Numbered from the stretch's first letter, positions 50,864 to 60,786 are shown. The stretch: DNA of 64,000 bases from Bdellovibrionales bacterium (GCA_965197425.1 CBDANC010000013.1:243070-307069); one strand, 5' to 3'. Made by a program: numbers and translations. The notes: a model not told the origin generated them from the letters alone.

Positions 50864-53800
50864 TCAATCCAGACTATCCTGCACAACAGTTGATCCTCTG
50901 ACACTATCAACTGTATTTACAGTGTTATAGTTAGACGCATCCTCTATTGTGTATTGAAGTGCATCAGATGAGTTTGCCACAGGATCACCTAGCCGGATTT
51001 GCACATCAGGATTTGAACTATTATAATAACAATACCCTATGTTTTCCAAAACATCATCTGCACATATATCAGATTTCCATCTAACTTCATCTGCACTAAA
51101 CAGGGATATTTCTTGATCAGAATTACTATATGACATTATCGTTCCGTATCCCAGGTCACTTAGACGCCCCCCATAACCATAACCATTGCCGTTAAAGTTA
51201 TCAGGATCAGGATAACTTCCACCACCTAAAGGGTCCCTTTCTAGTGTATCTTCATCATGCATAAGACTAAGGTTATGCCCGATCTCATGAGCTAAGGTTA
51301 AATAAGCGAACTCTCTAGCAGAATTATTGCTAATGGGCTCAGGTGGTACAGTGCTTCCCACCGACCTCCACCTTGTAGCCAGTTCAGATACATTTCCCCT
51401 TATTCTTGTAGATGCAACTCCTCCATAATCATTATTTTTTACTATCGCATGAACAAGATCAGCACCTGTTTGCCTTTGAATTCTGGGTACCAGCTCTCTC
51501 AACACATACAACTCCCCGACACCATCAGTTTGTCCTTTCAAAGACAAATAGTCCAGTGAACTTACATCACATAACAGATATGGTCTATACTCAGAAAAAG
51601 GTCTGACTGCCACTGCTCTAAACTCTACATTCACACCTGAATTTTGATACATATCGTTTACTGCTGGAATATAATTATTCTGAATCTCGCTTCTCCAAAA
51701 ACTTAAATCTCCAAGTCCTAAATAGTATTCAGAAATAATGAATGCAATATCGATTTGATAAGTTTTATTAGAATCTGCTCTATCTCTAAGTGAACTCAGG
51801 GCTTTATCTGCATCCTCACCTGACAGAAAATTATCAAATTCAATGTGAGGAAAATCAATCAAATCAGTGCCACAAACAAAGCCAGGCTGCGACTCTCCAT
51901 CATTAACCTGTGCTTGGTTAACACTTCCTGAAATAGATATTACATCACAGGATGTTGACAACGACAGCATATCAATAGGAGTAGTTTTAGTTATATCAGC
52001 TAGATATTCTGATACATTGTTACTGCTGTAAATTTTAGATGCATCGGTCTTCTTAGCAAATTTACCTATCGATACAATTAAATCAAAATAATAACTATCT
52101 TCACTTTGTGATAAAGCATCATAAGAGTTTCCTCTCTCATAAACAGGTGGCTTTATACTTATGATAGTTTTTCTATCAACAACACTATATGACACTTGGC
52201 TCTCCCCTATATCACCAAACTCATTCACTATATCTTCCTCACCAAACTGCATATCAACCATATCTAAAATTCTTTGCTTTGTTAGATTGCCCTGTTCACT
52301 ATCTGTTAAGTAAACAATTTCACTATCAAACTTTATATTAATAGTTGTGGCAGGATCAAAATTATGTTGAACAAGCTCTTTTCCCCCACTAGGAGTGTAG
52401 GTGTAAGACACCTCAGGAAGCTTTATACACTCAGTTGTACCATTGGAATTTTGAAGCTCAAAATAACCAGCCTCTCCTCTAGTACAAGGCGTTTCAGCTT
52501 TTACCACTAAAAAAGAAAGCTGCTGTCTAACCAAATTTAAATACACCAACTTATTACTACTTGCTACAACCTTACTAGCATCAACACTCTTAGCAAAATC
52601 ACCAAATGACAATGTATAAGAACCAGGTGCATAAACTAACCCATCAGGAGGACTTATTGTAATAACTGTACTACTAGTTGAACTTGCAAATGATACTTGA
52701 TCTGTATCAATAGAACCAAATAAAGTAGCAAGATCAACTCCACTACTATCCCTTACTTCCAACATCTCCAAAATATTTTGCTTACTTAAATTACTAGATG
52801 TATTACCACTTCCTAAGTACATTATCTGAGAATCAACCTTTATCTTTATAACTGTAGTCGGATCACCATTGTGGCTTGAAGACTCACTCCCACCACTTGG
52901 AGTAAAAGTAAAGGTTACTTCTGGAAGCTTTATACACTCAGTTGTACCATTGGAATTCGTTAACTCAAAATAACCAACCTCTCCTCTGGTACAAGGCGTT
53001 TCAGGCTTTACTACTAAAAAAGCAAACTGCTGTCTAACCAAATTTAAATACACCAACTTATTACTACTTGCTACAACCTTACTAGCATCAATACTCTTAG
53101 CAAAACCACCAAATGAAACAATATAAGAACCAGGTGCATAAACTAGCCCATCGGGGGGGCTTATTGTAATAACTGTACTACCAGTTGAACTTGCAAATGA
53201 TACTTGATCTGTACCAATAGAACCAAATGAAGTAGCAAGATCAACTCCACTACTATCCCTTACTTCCAACATCTCCAAAATATTTTGCTTACTTAAATTA
53301 CTAGATGTATTACCACTTCCTAAGTACATTATCTGAGAATCAACCTTTATCTTTATAACTGTAGTCGGATCACCATTGTGGCTTGAAGACTCACTCCCAC
53401 CACTTGGAGTAAAAGTAAAGGTTACTTCTGGAAGCTTTATACACTCAGTTGTACCATTGGAATTCGTTAACTCAAAATAACCAACCTCTCCCCTAGTACA
53501 AGGCGTTTCAGGCTTTACTACTAAAAAAGAAATCTGTGTTCTAACTGTATCTAAATAACTAGATTTATTATTACTTACTACAACCTTACTAACATCAACA
53601 CTCTTAGCAAAATCACCAAATGAAACAGCATAAGAACCAGGTACATAAACTAGACCGTTAGGAGGACTTATTGTAATAACTGTACTACCAATTGAACTTG
53701 CAAATGATATTTGATCTGTATCAATAGAACCATCTACAGTTGCAAGATCAACTCCATTACTATCCTTTACTTCCAACATCTCCAAAATATTTTGCTTACT

Positions 53801-55225
53801 TAAATTGCTAGATGTATTACCACTTCCTAAATACATTATCTGAGAATCAACCTTTATCTTTATAACTGTAGTCGGATCACTATCGTGGCTTGAAGACTCA
53901 CTCCCACCACTTGGAGTAAAAGTGAAATCAACCCGAGGCAACTCTATACATTCAGTTGTACCGTTGGAATTCGTTAACTCAAAATAACCAGCCTCCCCTC
54001 TAGTACAAGGCGTTTCAATTTTATTCACAATAAAATCAAAACTAACATTTGCATTATTAAAATAATCTGACTTATTAGAACTATCTAATATCTTTCCAGC
54101 ATCACTTCTTACAGCATAGTTTTTAACCACCACACTGTAACTACCGTTAGAAAGATTCTCCAAAGGACTAAATGTAAAATAAGAGCCATCCATAACTAAA
54201 CTATAAGCAAGACTGTCATCCAAAATACTAGCATCACCACCACTATCAGTAGTTCTTCTTATATCAAATATATTAGAAAGAACACCGTCAGATAAACTCC
54301 GCCAACTATCGTAGGAAAGATAACCTACATCACTCCTATCAAACCCGACCCTAACAGAATTTAAGGGATTTTCATCATGCGAGCTAGATTCATTCCCCAG
54401 CAGATCAACATAACTAACAGTTACTTTAGGAATGTCTATACACTGAGCACCTCTAAAACTTTTTAATTTGAATTTATCATCTCCACACTCTATTTGTGGC
54501 TCTGTTAAGTCATCGCATGAAGATAAACCCAAAGCAGCTAACACCAATAGCGCCCCATTTAATACAGGTTTTATAGTAGGAGAAATAGCATGCCTAACCC
54601 TGCTTGCCAATTTTAGCTTCTTAACAGGGCTTAATAAAAATAAAACCCCTGCAACGGAAAATCTACTGGTGTCCTGCGTAGCATTAAGTTCTGAATATCT
54701 ATTTAAACTTCTACCAACACCCAAAGCATCTATGGCAGATGAACCAAATTGTTTATAATCATCTCTATTACTAGCGGGGTACCCGTGAATCCCCAACTTT
54801 GCACAAAACGCCCTGTTCTGATCAGAACTGGAAGCACAAACTGAAGATACAAACCCCAGAATAGACTCTCTACAATCTAAACTATCAATCAACAACCGAC
54901 CATCAGAGTTGGTTTGTTGAAGCTCAGAAAAAAGCCTAGCAGCAGCTACATCCTCCTTACCACCACTATTTTGGATAAGATCATTTAAAATCTCACACTG
55001 ACTGACTGCTACATTCGCCAAATCGAGTTCTCTTTCACTTAAGCTCATATAGCTTGGCGAATACTCCACTGGTAGCGAATACTCCGCCGGTAGCGAATAC
55101 TCCGCCGGTAGCGAATACTCCACTGGTGATTGAGCATAGGAAACACTCGAAACTAAGAAAAAATGAAAGACTAATATTCTGAACAATGGCATATCAAAAA
55201 AACTGGGGCGCTTTAAAAACATCAA
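50864..55225 (-). CDS. Giant repeat surface protein, paralog 3, with C-terminal reprolysin-like zinc metalloprotease
   Basis: Same N-domain and internal LSSC lipobox (Cys237); 169-aa repeats; HEIGHNLSLMH and GTIMSY Met-turn. Confidence 0.85.
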   Translation of the reverse strand: MMFLKRPSFFDMPLFRILVFHFFLVSSVSYAQSPVEYSLPAEYSLPAEYSLPVEYSPSYMSLSERELDLANVAVSQCEILNDLIQNSGGKEDVAAARLFSELQQTNSDGRLLIDSLDCRESILGFVSSVCASSSDQNRAFCAKLGIHGYPASNRDDYKQFGSSAIDALGVGRSLNRYSELNATQDTSRFSVAGVLFLLSPVKKLKLASRVRHAISPTIKPVLNGALLVLAALGLSSCDDLTEPQIECGDDKFKLKSFRGAQCIDIPKVTVSYVDLLGNESSSHDENPLNSVRVGFDRSDVGYLSYDSWRSLSDGVLSNIFDIRRTTDSGGDASILDDSLAYSLVMDGSYFTFSPLENLSNGSYSVVVKNYAVRSDAGKILDSSNKSDYFNNANVSFDFIVNKIETPCTRGEAGYFELTNSNGTTECIELPRVDFTFTPSGGSESSSHDSDPTTVIKIKVDSQIMYLGSGNTSSNLSKQNILEMLEVKDSNGVDLATVDGSIDTDQISFASSIGSTVITISPPNGLVYVPGSYAVSFGDFAKSVDVSKVVVSNNKSSYLDTVRTQISFLVVKPETPCTRGEVGYFELTNSNGTTECIKLPEVTFTFTPSGGSESSSHNGDPTTVIKIKVDSQIMYLGSGNTSSNLSKQNILEMLEVRDSSGVDLATSFGSIGTDQVSFASSTGSTVITISPPDGLVYAPGSYIVSFGGFAKSIDASKVVASSNKLVYLNLVRQQFAFLVVKPETPCTRGEVGYFELTNSNGTTECIKLPEVTFTFTPSGGSESSSHNGDPTTVIKIKVDSQIMYLGSGNTSSNLSKQNILEMLEVRDSSGVDLATLFGSIDTDQVSFASSTSSTVITISPPDGLVYAPGSYTLSFGDFAKSVDASKVVASSNKLVYLNLVRQQLSFLVVKAETPCTRGEAGYFELQNSNGTTECIKLPEVSYTYTPSGGKELVQHNFDPATTINIKFDSEIVYLTDSEQGNLTKQRILDMVDMQFGEEDIVNEFGDIGESQVSYSVVDRKTIISIKPPVYERGNSYDALSQSEDSYYFDLIVSIGKFAKKTDASKIYSSNNVSEYLADITKTTPIDMLSLSTSCDVISISGSVNQAQVNDGESQPGFVCGTDLIDFPHIEFDNFLSGEDADKALSSLRDRADSNKTYQIDIAFIISEYYLGLGDLSFWRSEIQNNYIPAVNDMYQNSGVNVEFRAVAVRPFSEYRPYLLCDVSSLDYLSLKGQTDGVGELYVLRELVPRIQRQTGADLVHAIVKNNDYGGVASTRIRGNVSELATRWRSVGSTVPPEPISNNSAREFAYLTLAHEIGHNLSLMHDEDTLERDPLGGGSYPDPDNFNGNGYGYGGRLSDLGYGTIMSYSNSDQEISLFSADEVRWKSDICADDVLENIGYCYYNSSNPDVQIRLGDPVANSSDALQYTIEDASNYNTVNTVDSVRGSTVVQDSLD
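52421..54020 (-). repeat. Three near-identical 507-bp intragenic units
   Basis: Anchor recurs at 52421, 52928, 53435 and 53942. Confidence 0.9.
55057..55128 (+). repeat. Four tandem 18-bp micro-elements inside paralog 3 (P[A/V]EYSL x4)
   Basis: GCGAATACTCC(A/G)C(T/C)GGT(A/G) x4 right after the AQS signal cleavage site. Confidence 0.9.
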
Positions 55226-55227
55226 TA

Positions 55228-56214
55228 TTACGAGACCTTGTTTTTGCCTGCTTTCTTCGATTCATAATGGGCTTTATCAGCACGATCCAATAACATCTCC
55301 CAACTATCATGCCCATGTTTTAGAAATGAAACACCAATTGAACTGGTGACACGAACCCCTTTTTTGTCAAAAACAAACTTTTTACCTGCTATGCCCTTAC
55401 AAATATCATCAGCAACACTATAAATATCCTCTTTTTTTAAATATGGTAACAAAATGCAAAACTCGTCACCCCCAAGCCTTGCAAATACATCGTCAGGTTC
55501 TAAATACTGTTTTGTTATTTCCACTACCGACTTCAAAACCTTATCACCGGACTTGTGACCATAATTATCGTTAACAGACTTAAAGTTGTCCAAATCAAAG
55601 ACAATAACAGCAAGTTTAGCCTTAGATGAATGGGCCCACTTAACCATCTGAGACCCTGTGGCATCCAAAGAACCCCGATTGTTAATACCAGTAAGTGCGT
55701 CCAATTGAAGTTTGTTGTACAACTCCTGGTGCATATGGCCTGCCTCAAAAAATTTCACTCTAACACTGCCAACCTGCAACAGATCATTATCCTTCAATTT
55801 TACATCATTATTTGGGGCAATATTCTCTCCATCTACTTGTGTTCCATTTGTAGAACCCAAGTCCATGTAGTGCGCACCAGAACTGCTGATCATAAACTGA
55901 CCATGTATTTTACTGATACTAGGATCATCTATTTGGATGGTAGCCTCGGGCGATCGCCCTATAGTAACTACCTCACCTTTTAAAAACCACAAACTCTTCC
56001 CAAAATAATTAGTGGCACCGGCAACTAAAGCTATAGCAGGAGATTTTTTTTGTGACTCAGATAATCTATTACTCAGAACCTCTTTTGAAAGTATCTGAGT
56101 AAACTGCCCGTCTGTTCTGGTACTGTTCTCGGTTTTTTCTTTATTTTTTTCTTTTCTCTTTCCCTTTCCCACAGTAAGTCCCGATAGTTTAAACCACCAG
56201 GGCTTATCGACCAA
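55228..56214 (-). CDS. FHA-GGDEF diguanylate cyclase (DgcB-like architecture)
   Basis: FHA IGRS..ISK.H..DLGSTNGT; DALTG, DLDNFK.VND.YGH, ARLGGDEF. Confidence 0.9.
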   Translation of the reverse strand: MVDKPWWFKLSGLTVGKGKRKEKNKEKTENSTRTDGQFTQILSKEVLSNRLSESQKKSPAIALVAGATNYFGKSLWFLKGEVVTIGRSPEATIQIDDPSISKIHGQFMISSSGAHYMDLGSTNGTQVDGENIAPNNDVKLKDNDLLQVGSVRVKFFEAGHMHQELYNKLQLDALTGINNRGSLDATGSQMVKWAHSSKAKLAVIVFDLDNFKSVNDNYGHKSGDKVLKSVVEITKQYLEPDDVFARLGGDEFCILLPYLKKEDIYSVADDICKGIAGKKFVFDKKGVRVTSSIGVSFLKHGHDSWEMLLDRADKAHYESKKAGKNKVS

Positions 56215-56221
56215 TACTAAA

Positions 56222-57397
56222 TTATTCTTTAGACTTAAGTTTAGATTGAGACACCTTATCTTTAACTAACTGTTTTGCCCTCTCTACTCCGGGCTGCACA
56301 AACACATCGACATCTAAAAACTCGCCTAAGACGACAATCACTGTCTGCATAATAGCCACAAGCTTACCCACAGAACCAACTTCATCCAACCTAAGATAGC
56401 TAATTTTATTTTCCTCTAATATTTTACAAGTTGCCTCATAATGGGCAAAAGAAACACTGTCTAAATGTTTCCAACCTTTAGGATCACATGCCACCTTAGA
56501 TTTAATTAGCCAGATAAATTTGTCCCTGCTCCCCTCCACCACCTGCTGTAGAATTGAGTGTTGTGCCTTAACCCCACACAATACCATGGGTGTACTAACC
56601 CTAGGAGCCGAAGCACCACCCCTAGTCACAGCTTTAGCAAAAGATTCAGACCACAATTGATTTAACCAATAACCAAAATTTAAAAGTCTGTCAGAATAAA
56701 TCCAAAAAACAGTAATCCACTCACCCTTATCAAAACTCTGTACAACTTGGGAAGACAAATTGACAATGATCTCACGACTGGATAATCCATTTTTTGCATC
56801 CTCGTGAATTTTTGAAATCTGTATACCAGAAAATGCACAAGGTAACATACCAACCACACTTAATACTGAAAACCTACCGGGTATGTTAGGTGAAATATCT
56901 ATAACCTTTACCCCACAATCAAATGCCCATTTATTTAGTGAGTTCTTTTCCTTGGCAGTAATAACAGTACAGTGATCTGATAACTTTATCCCTTTATCCA
57001 AAAGATACTCGTCTATAAGCTTAAGCATCGTCAAAACTTCCACAGTTTCACCACTTTTAGAAATAAATAACCAATGTGTATCACTATTTGTCTTTTCTAG
57101 TTTTTTATAAAAAGTATCTACATCAAAATCATCAAAGAAAATAACTTCTTTATCCACACATTCATGGCAAGCACTAATAATCATCTTGGCTCCCAAAATA
57201 GAACCACCCATACCTACTATGGCTAGAGAGTTATATTTTTGCCTTAAACTGTTGGCCTCAGAATTTACACTATCTAAAAAAGCTTTATTGTTTATGAGTT
57301 TTATAAAATCATGATCCTGAGATATAACTTTATCTAAAACTTGTGTTAGTTGTGAGTATAATTTGGAAGATGTTTTTTGTTTATATGCTATTTTCAT
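56222..57397 (-). CDS. pgi: Glucose-6-phosphate isomerase-like protein
   Basis: GMGGSILG, SKSGETVE, GRFSVLS, QLWSES, QHS, QPGVE. Confidence 0.8.
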   Translation of the reverse strand: MKIAYKQKTSSKLYSQLTQVLDKVISQDHDFIKLINNKAFLDSVNSEANSLRQKYNSLAIVGMGGSILGAKMIISACHECVDKEVIFFDDFDVDTFYKKLEKTNSDTHWLFISKSGETVEVLTMLKLIDEYLLDKGIKLSDHCTVITAKEKNSLNKWAFDCGVKVIDISPNIPGRFSVLSVVGMLPCAFSGIQISKIHEDAKNGLSSREIIVNLSSQVVQSFDKGEWITVFWIYSDRLLNFGYWLNQLWSESFAKAVTRGGASAPRVSTPMVLCGVKAQHSILQQVVEGSRDKFIWLIKSKVACDPKGWKHLDSVSFAHYEATCKILEENKISYLRLDEVGSVGKLVAIMQTVIVVLGEFLDVDVFVQPGVERAKQLVKDKVSQSKLKSKE

Positions 57398-58470
57398 ATA
57401 TCGACATATTCGGTTTCTTTATAACTACCCATCCATGCTTTTAACCTAACAACCGGTTTTTCTACATCAGGAAAATAGTTTATTATACCATAAGTAAGCT
57501 TAGTTCCCCTACCTAGAGTCGAAAAATCCAAAGAAGTTACCTCAGTCCAAGTTCCTGTGTTAAAATACTCTGCATTATCACCCCATCTCCTATAAGAGTA
57601 AACATGCGAATGACCAAACATTACCGTGTGAATGTCCTCATGCTCTAGTACCTTCTTTGCAGCCATAGACAAATCAGGAAAAATGGCGGCTTCTCTGAAA
57701 ATACCCACTAAAGTTTTCCAATCCCACTTATGCTTATCTTGCTTGAAAATTTTCTTTAAAAAAAACAATAGGAGCAAAAATGTTGATTTTAATGTAAAAA
57801 TTGTCCTAGTTAAAAAGCTCCACCTCACCATCTGTTGAAAGGGCCTAACTTTGTCAATGTAAGGTGTATCAAACTTTAAAGGCAATACAAAATCTACAAA
57901 AAGCACCGAACCAAATGGCAAGTTCAAAATAGGCTCTGGAACATTATGTGTAAAAAACTTTTTTTTTAGATTAAATCTATTAGCAGCCTCAAACATATGT
58001 CCATGTGATATGTAAATACCATCAAATTGATAATCTTTATCACAAAACTTAATCTCCGCACCCACAACCTCAGAAAAATATTTTCTAACCTCAGGCCACA
58101 TCATCTCTTGATCGTGATTACCTATGATATAAGTAATAGACCTTAAAGGGGAATTTGCAAATTTCTTAAGAGTTTCTATTACAATAGGATGACCCTTTAC
58201 CATATTTTTTAGTTTTTCAAGAGAAATACTTTCAGTAATCACCGACACATAATGACCTTTGTAATCTACCTGGAGAAAATTAAAAATATCTCCGTTCATG
58301 ATTAACTCAATCTCATAATTTTCGTATTTTTCTGAAATATAGTAATCTAAAAAAGACTCAAACTTTTCATCATAAAAAAATTCTTCCAGGATGTTACGAC
58401 CCCTGTTGGTAATGATCTTACCTAAACCAATATGCAGATCACTAACAACCAGCTTTATTTTTTTATTCAT
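57394..58470 (-). CDS. Calcineurin-like metallophosphoesterase
   Basis: SDLH, NGDIF, GNHD, HGH, GHSH, NTGTW. Confidence 0.85.
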   Translation of the reverse strand: MNKKIKLVVSDLHIGLGKIITNRGRNILEEFFYDEKFESFLDYYISEKYENYEIELIMNGDIFNFLQVDYKGHYVSVITESISLEKLKNMVKGHPIVIETLKKFANSPLRSITYIIGNHDQEMMWPEVRKYFSEVVGAEIKFCDKDYQFDGIYISHGHMFEAANRFNLKKKFFTHNVPEPILNLPFGSVLFVDFVLPLKFDTPYIDKVRPFQQMVRWSFLTRTIFTLKSTFLLLLFFLKKIFKQDKHKWDWKTLVGIFREAAIFPDLSMAAKKVLEHEDIHTVMFGHSHVYSYRRWGDNAEYFNTGTWTEVTSLDFSTLGRGTKLTYGIINYFPDVEKPVVRLKAWMGSYKETEYVDI

Positions 58471-59620
58471 CTGTGCCTTCTAGTATCCCCAACGCAACTC
58501 TTAAAGCTCTGACGCTTTTTTTAATCCTCTCATCACTAGCAAGTATTTTGGCCTTCAACTCTTTCTGTTGGTCCCTATAGCTGTCCATTTCAAAATTTAG
58601 TTTATCTATTTCTCTTTTAAAAGATAAAATTGTGCTATCTTTATCTTTTAACAAGGTATTTTTCTCAGATCTCACAAGCTCCAATCTATTTTCAAGCTCT
58701 CTTTCTCTAGTTCTCACATTATAATTTTCTTGTTTTAATCTGCTTTCTAAAGTTTCAATTTTAGTTGTCAGTGAATCTATTTTAGATTGTTTATCAGATA
58801 TAGACTGTGTTAAAACTTTCTTGTCTTCAGATAAATTTTCTTTAAAATTTTTAAGCTCTGAGTTGGATGTTTGTAATCTACTGGTTAAATCAACTACCTG
58901 CTTATCTAACAAATTACTAGAAACTGATAAACTTTCATTTTCTTGCTTAAGCTTAAGCAGCTTATCGTCTAACTCATTAATTCTATCCTGTGCTACTTTT
59001 AAATGATTAGCCTGTTTAATGCTAGCAGATACCAAATTTGATGTGCCAGTAGAAGTATTTTCAATTTTTTGATCGGGCTGAAACTCGTTTTTCTCTCCAC
59101 TAGATACCTCATTATCTACAGCTTTCAAACTCTCTACTTTAGCCTTACCTTTTGGCTCAGTATTCTGAGCCGGTTCAAACCCACCTACTTTTGTATCCGA
59201 TTCGATATCTTGAGTCCCTTTGAGTTTTTTTGCTTGTGTAGTTGTTTGCTCTTCTGATTTTTTACCAGCAACTGGATGTATAACCGGCATAACATCCTCT
59301 GACTTAAAATTCTCAGCTTTTTGTTCAAGAGTTGGAAGATCATCTTTTTTTGGCTTATTAACTTCGAGAGCTTCAAGAACTTCTAACTTAGAACCCAATT
59401 TAGTTCCATCTTGACCAGGAATGGACTGCTCTGTTGACTCATCTACATCTACATCTTCTTTCTGAGCTCGTGCTAGCTTTGCTCTCATATCAGTTCGAGT
59501 CTGATCTTTTGCTAATTCATCCAAAAAATCATCAAAGTCACTTTTAGTCTCAGTATCAGAGTCATTGTCTTTTTTCTTCGGTACACCCATCTTGGCATGG
59601 GTATCGGCATTTTTAACCAA
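58463..59620 (-). CDS. Hypothetical protein with disordered N-terminus and long coiled coil
   Basis: 385-aa ORF overlapping the downstream start; start codon uncertain. Confidence 0.6.
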   Translation of the reverse strand: MVKNADTHAKMGVPKKKDNDSDTETKSDFDDFLDELAKDQTRTDMRAKLARAQKEDVDVDESTEQSIPGQDGTKLGSKLEVLEALEVNKPKKDDLPTLEQKAENFKSEDVMPVIHPVAGKKSEEQTTTQAKKLKGTQDIESDTKVGGFEPAQNTEPKGKAKVESLKAVDNEVSSGEKNEFQPDQKIENTSTGTSNLVSASIKQANHLKVAQDRINELDDKLLKLKQENESLSVSSNLLDKQVVDLTSRLQTSNSELKNFKENLSEDKKVLTQSISDKQSKIDSLTTKIETLESRLKQENYNVRTRERELENRLELVRSEKNTLLKDKDSTILSFKREIDKLNFEMDSYRDQQKELKAKILASDERIKKSVRALRVALGILEGTDE

Positions 59621-59693
59621 AAATCTGACAGTTTTAAGATCTAAAGTGGAAGGATCAGCATCTAGAAGTTCCTAAACTTAAATCCTGGTATTT

Positions 59694-60098
59694 TTAATTT
59701 TTAGGTAAAGTAACAAGGCTTATCATGGAAAGCCCCGAAGATTTTAGCTCAGCAATAACCTCCGCTACTACCCCATACTCCACTCTTCTATCTGCTCTGA
59801 TAAAAATTTGAGAACCATCCTTAGCTTCAGTAATAGCCTTAATCTTCTGACCTATGTTGTCTATTACAATATCAGACTCTCCTAAAGTAATAGCACCACT
59901 TCGTTTGATGTTGATAATCAGTGGTTCATCCCTAGCAGGTAGTGACTCAACCTCCTTGGTCTCTGGAATGCTTATATCTACCCTTTGACTCATCATAGGT
60001 GCTGTGATCATAAATACAACCAACAGTACCAACATCACATCCACCAAGGGAGTAACGTTGATTTCACTCAATGTTGTATGTTTTCCACTAGTCTTCAA
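59694..60098 (-). CDS. ExbD/TolR family protein
   Basis: EINVTPLVDVMLVLLVVFMITAP, IRAD..V.YG. Confidence 0.92.
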   Translation of the reverse strand: MKTSGKHTTLSEINVTPLVDVMLVLLVVFMITAPMMSQRVDISIPETKEVESLPARDEPLIINIKRSGAITLGESDIVIDNIGQKIKAITEAKDGSQIFIRADRRVEYGVVAEVIAELKSSGLSMISLVTLPKN

Positions 60099-60786
60099 TT
60101 TGTTTACCCTTCTTTCTATATGTGTTTAGAATTACATTTGCAAAATTGTTCAACTCTAAATCTACCTCTTTAACTTTACCAATAAAATGATTGTAAAAAC
60201 TCACGGCAGGAATAGCTACAAAAAGACCCATTGCAGTTACCACCAATGCCTCTGATATTGCAGGTCCTACAGTTGAAAGAGTTGCACTACCACTTTCACC
60301 TATCTTTTGAAAAGCAGTTAATATACCAACCACAGTACCAAATAAACCAACAAAAGGGGAAGCACTCCCAATGGTAGCTAAGTGACCTAAACCTCTTTCC
60401 AATTTAAAAACTTGAGTCTCAACTTCACTAGACATAGCCCTTTCGATATTATCTCTCTCAATGCTGCTTTCCAACGCTTGAACTTCTAAAGATTTTAGCT
60501 CTTTGAACGCAGCTACAAATACTGGGGGAAATTGTCCTTTGTTAGTCAAAGCATTAGTATAAACTTTATCCCAATTTCTGGGATCCTTGTTTTTAAAGTA
60601 ATTCAAAAACAGATCATCATGCTTTTTTAATGTTTTAAATTCTTTGTGTTTTTTTAAAATAATACTAAATCCATAAACAGAGGCAAACACTAAAACCACA
60701 ACAGTCAATTGAACAAAAAAACCAGCTTCAAAAAATGCATTCATTAAATCAAACTTATCAGCCAAAGATACGCTCTCTTCTGTCAT
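60088..60786 (-). CDS. MotA/TolQ/ExbB family protein
   Basis: LATIGSASPFVGLFGTV.GI, ISEAL..TA.GL.VAIPA. Confidence 0.92.
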   Translation of the reverse strand: MTEESVSLADKFDLMNAFFEAGFFVQLTVVVLVFASVYGFSIILKKHKEFKTLKKHDDLFLNYFKNKDPRNWDKVYTNALTNKGQFPPVFVAAFKELKSLEVQALESSIERDNIERAMSSEVETQVFKLERGLGHLATIGSASPFVGLFGTVVGILTAFQKIGESGSATLSTVGPAISEALVVTAMGLFVAIPAVSFYNHFIGKVKEVDLELNNFANVILNTYRKKGKQIED

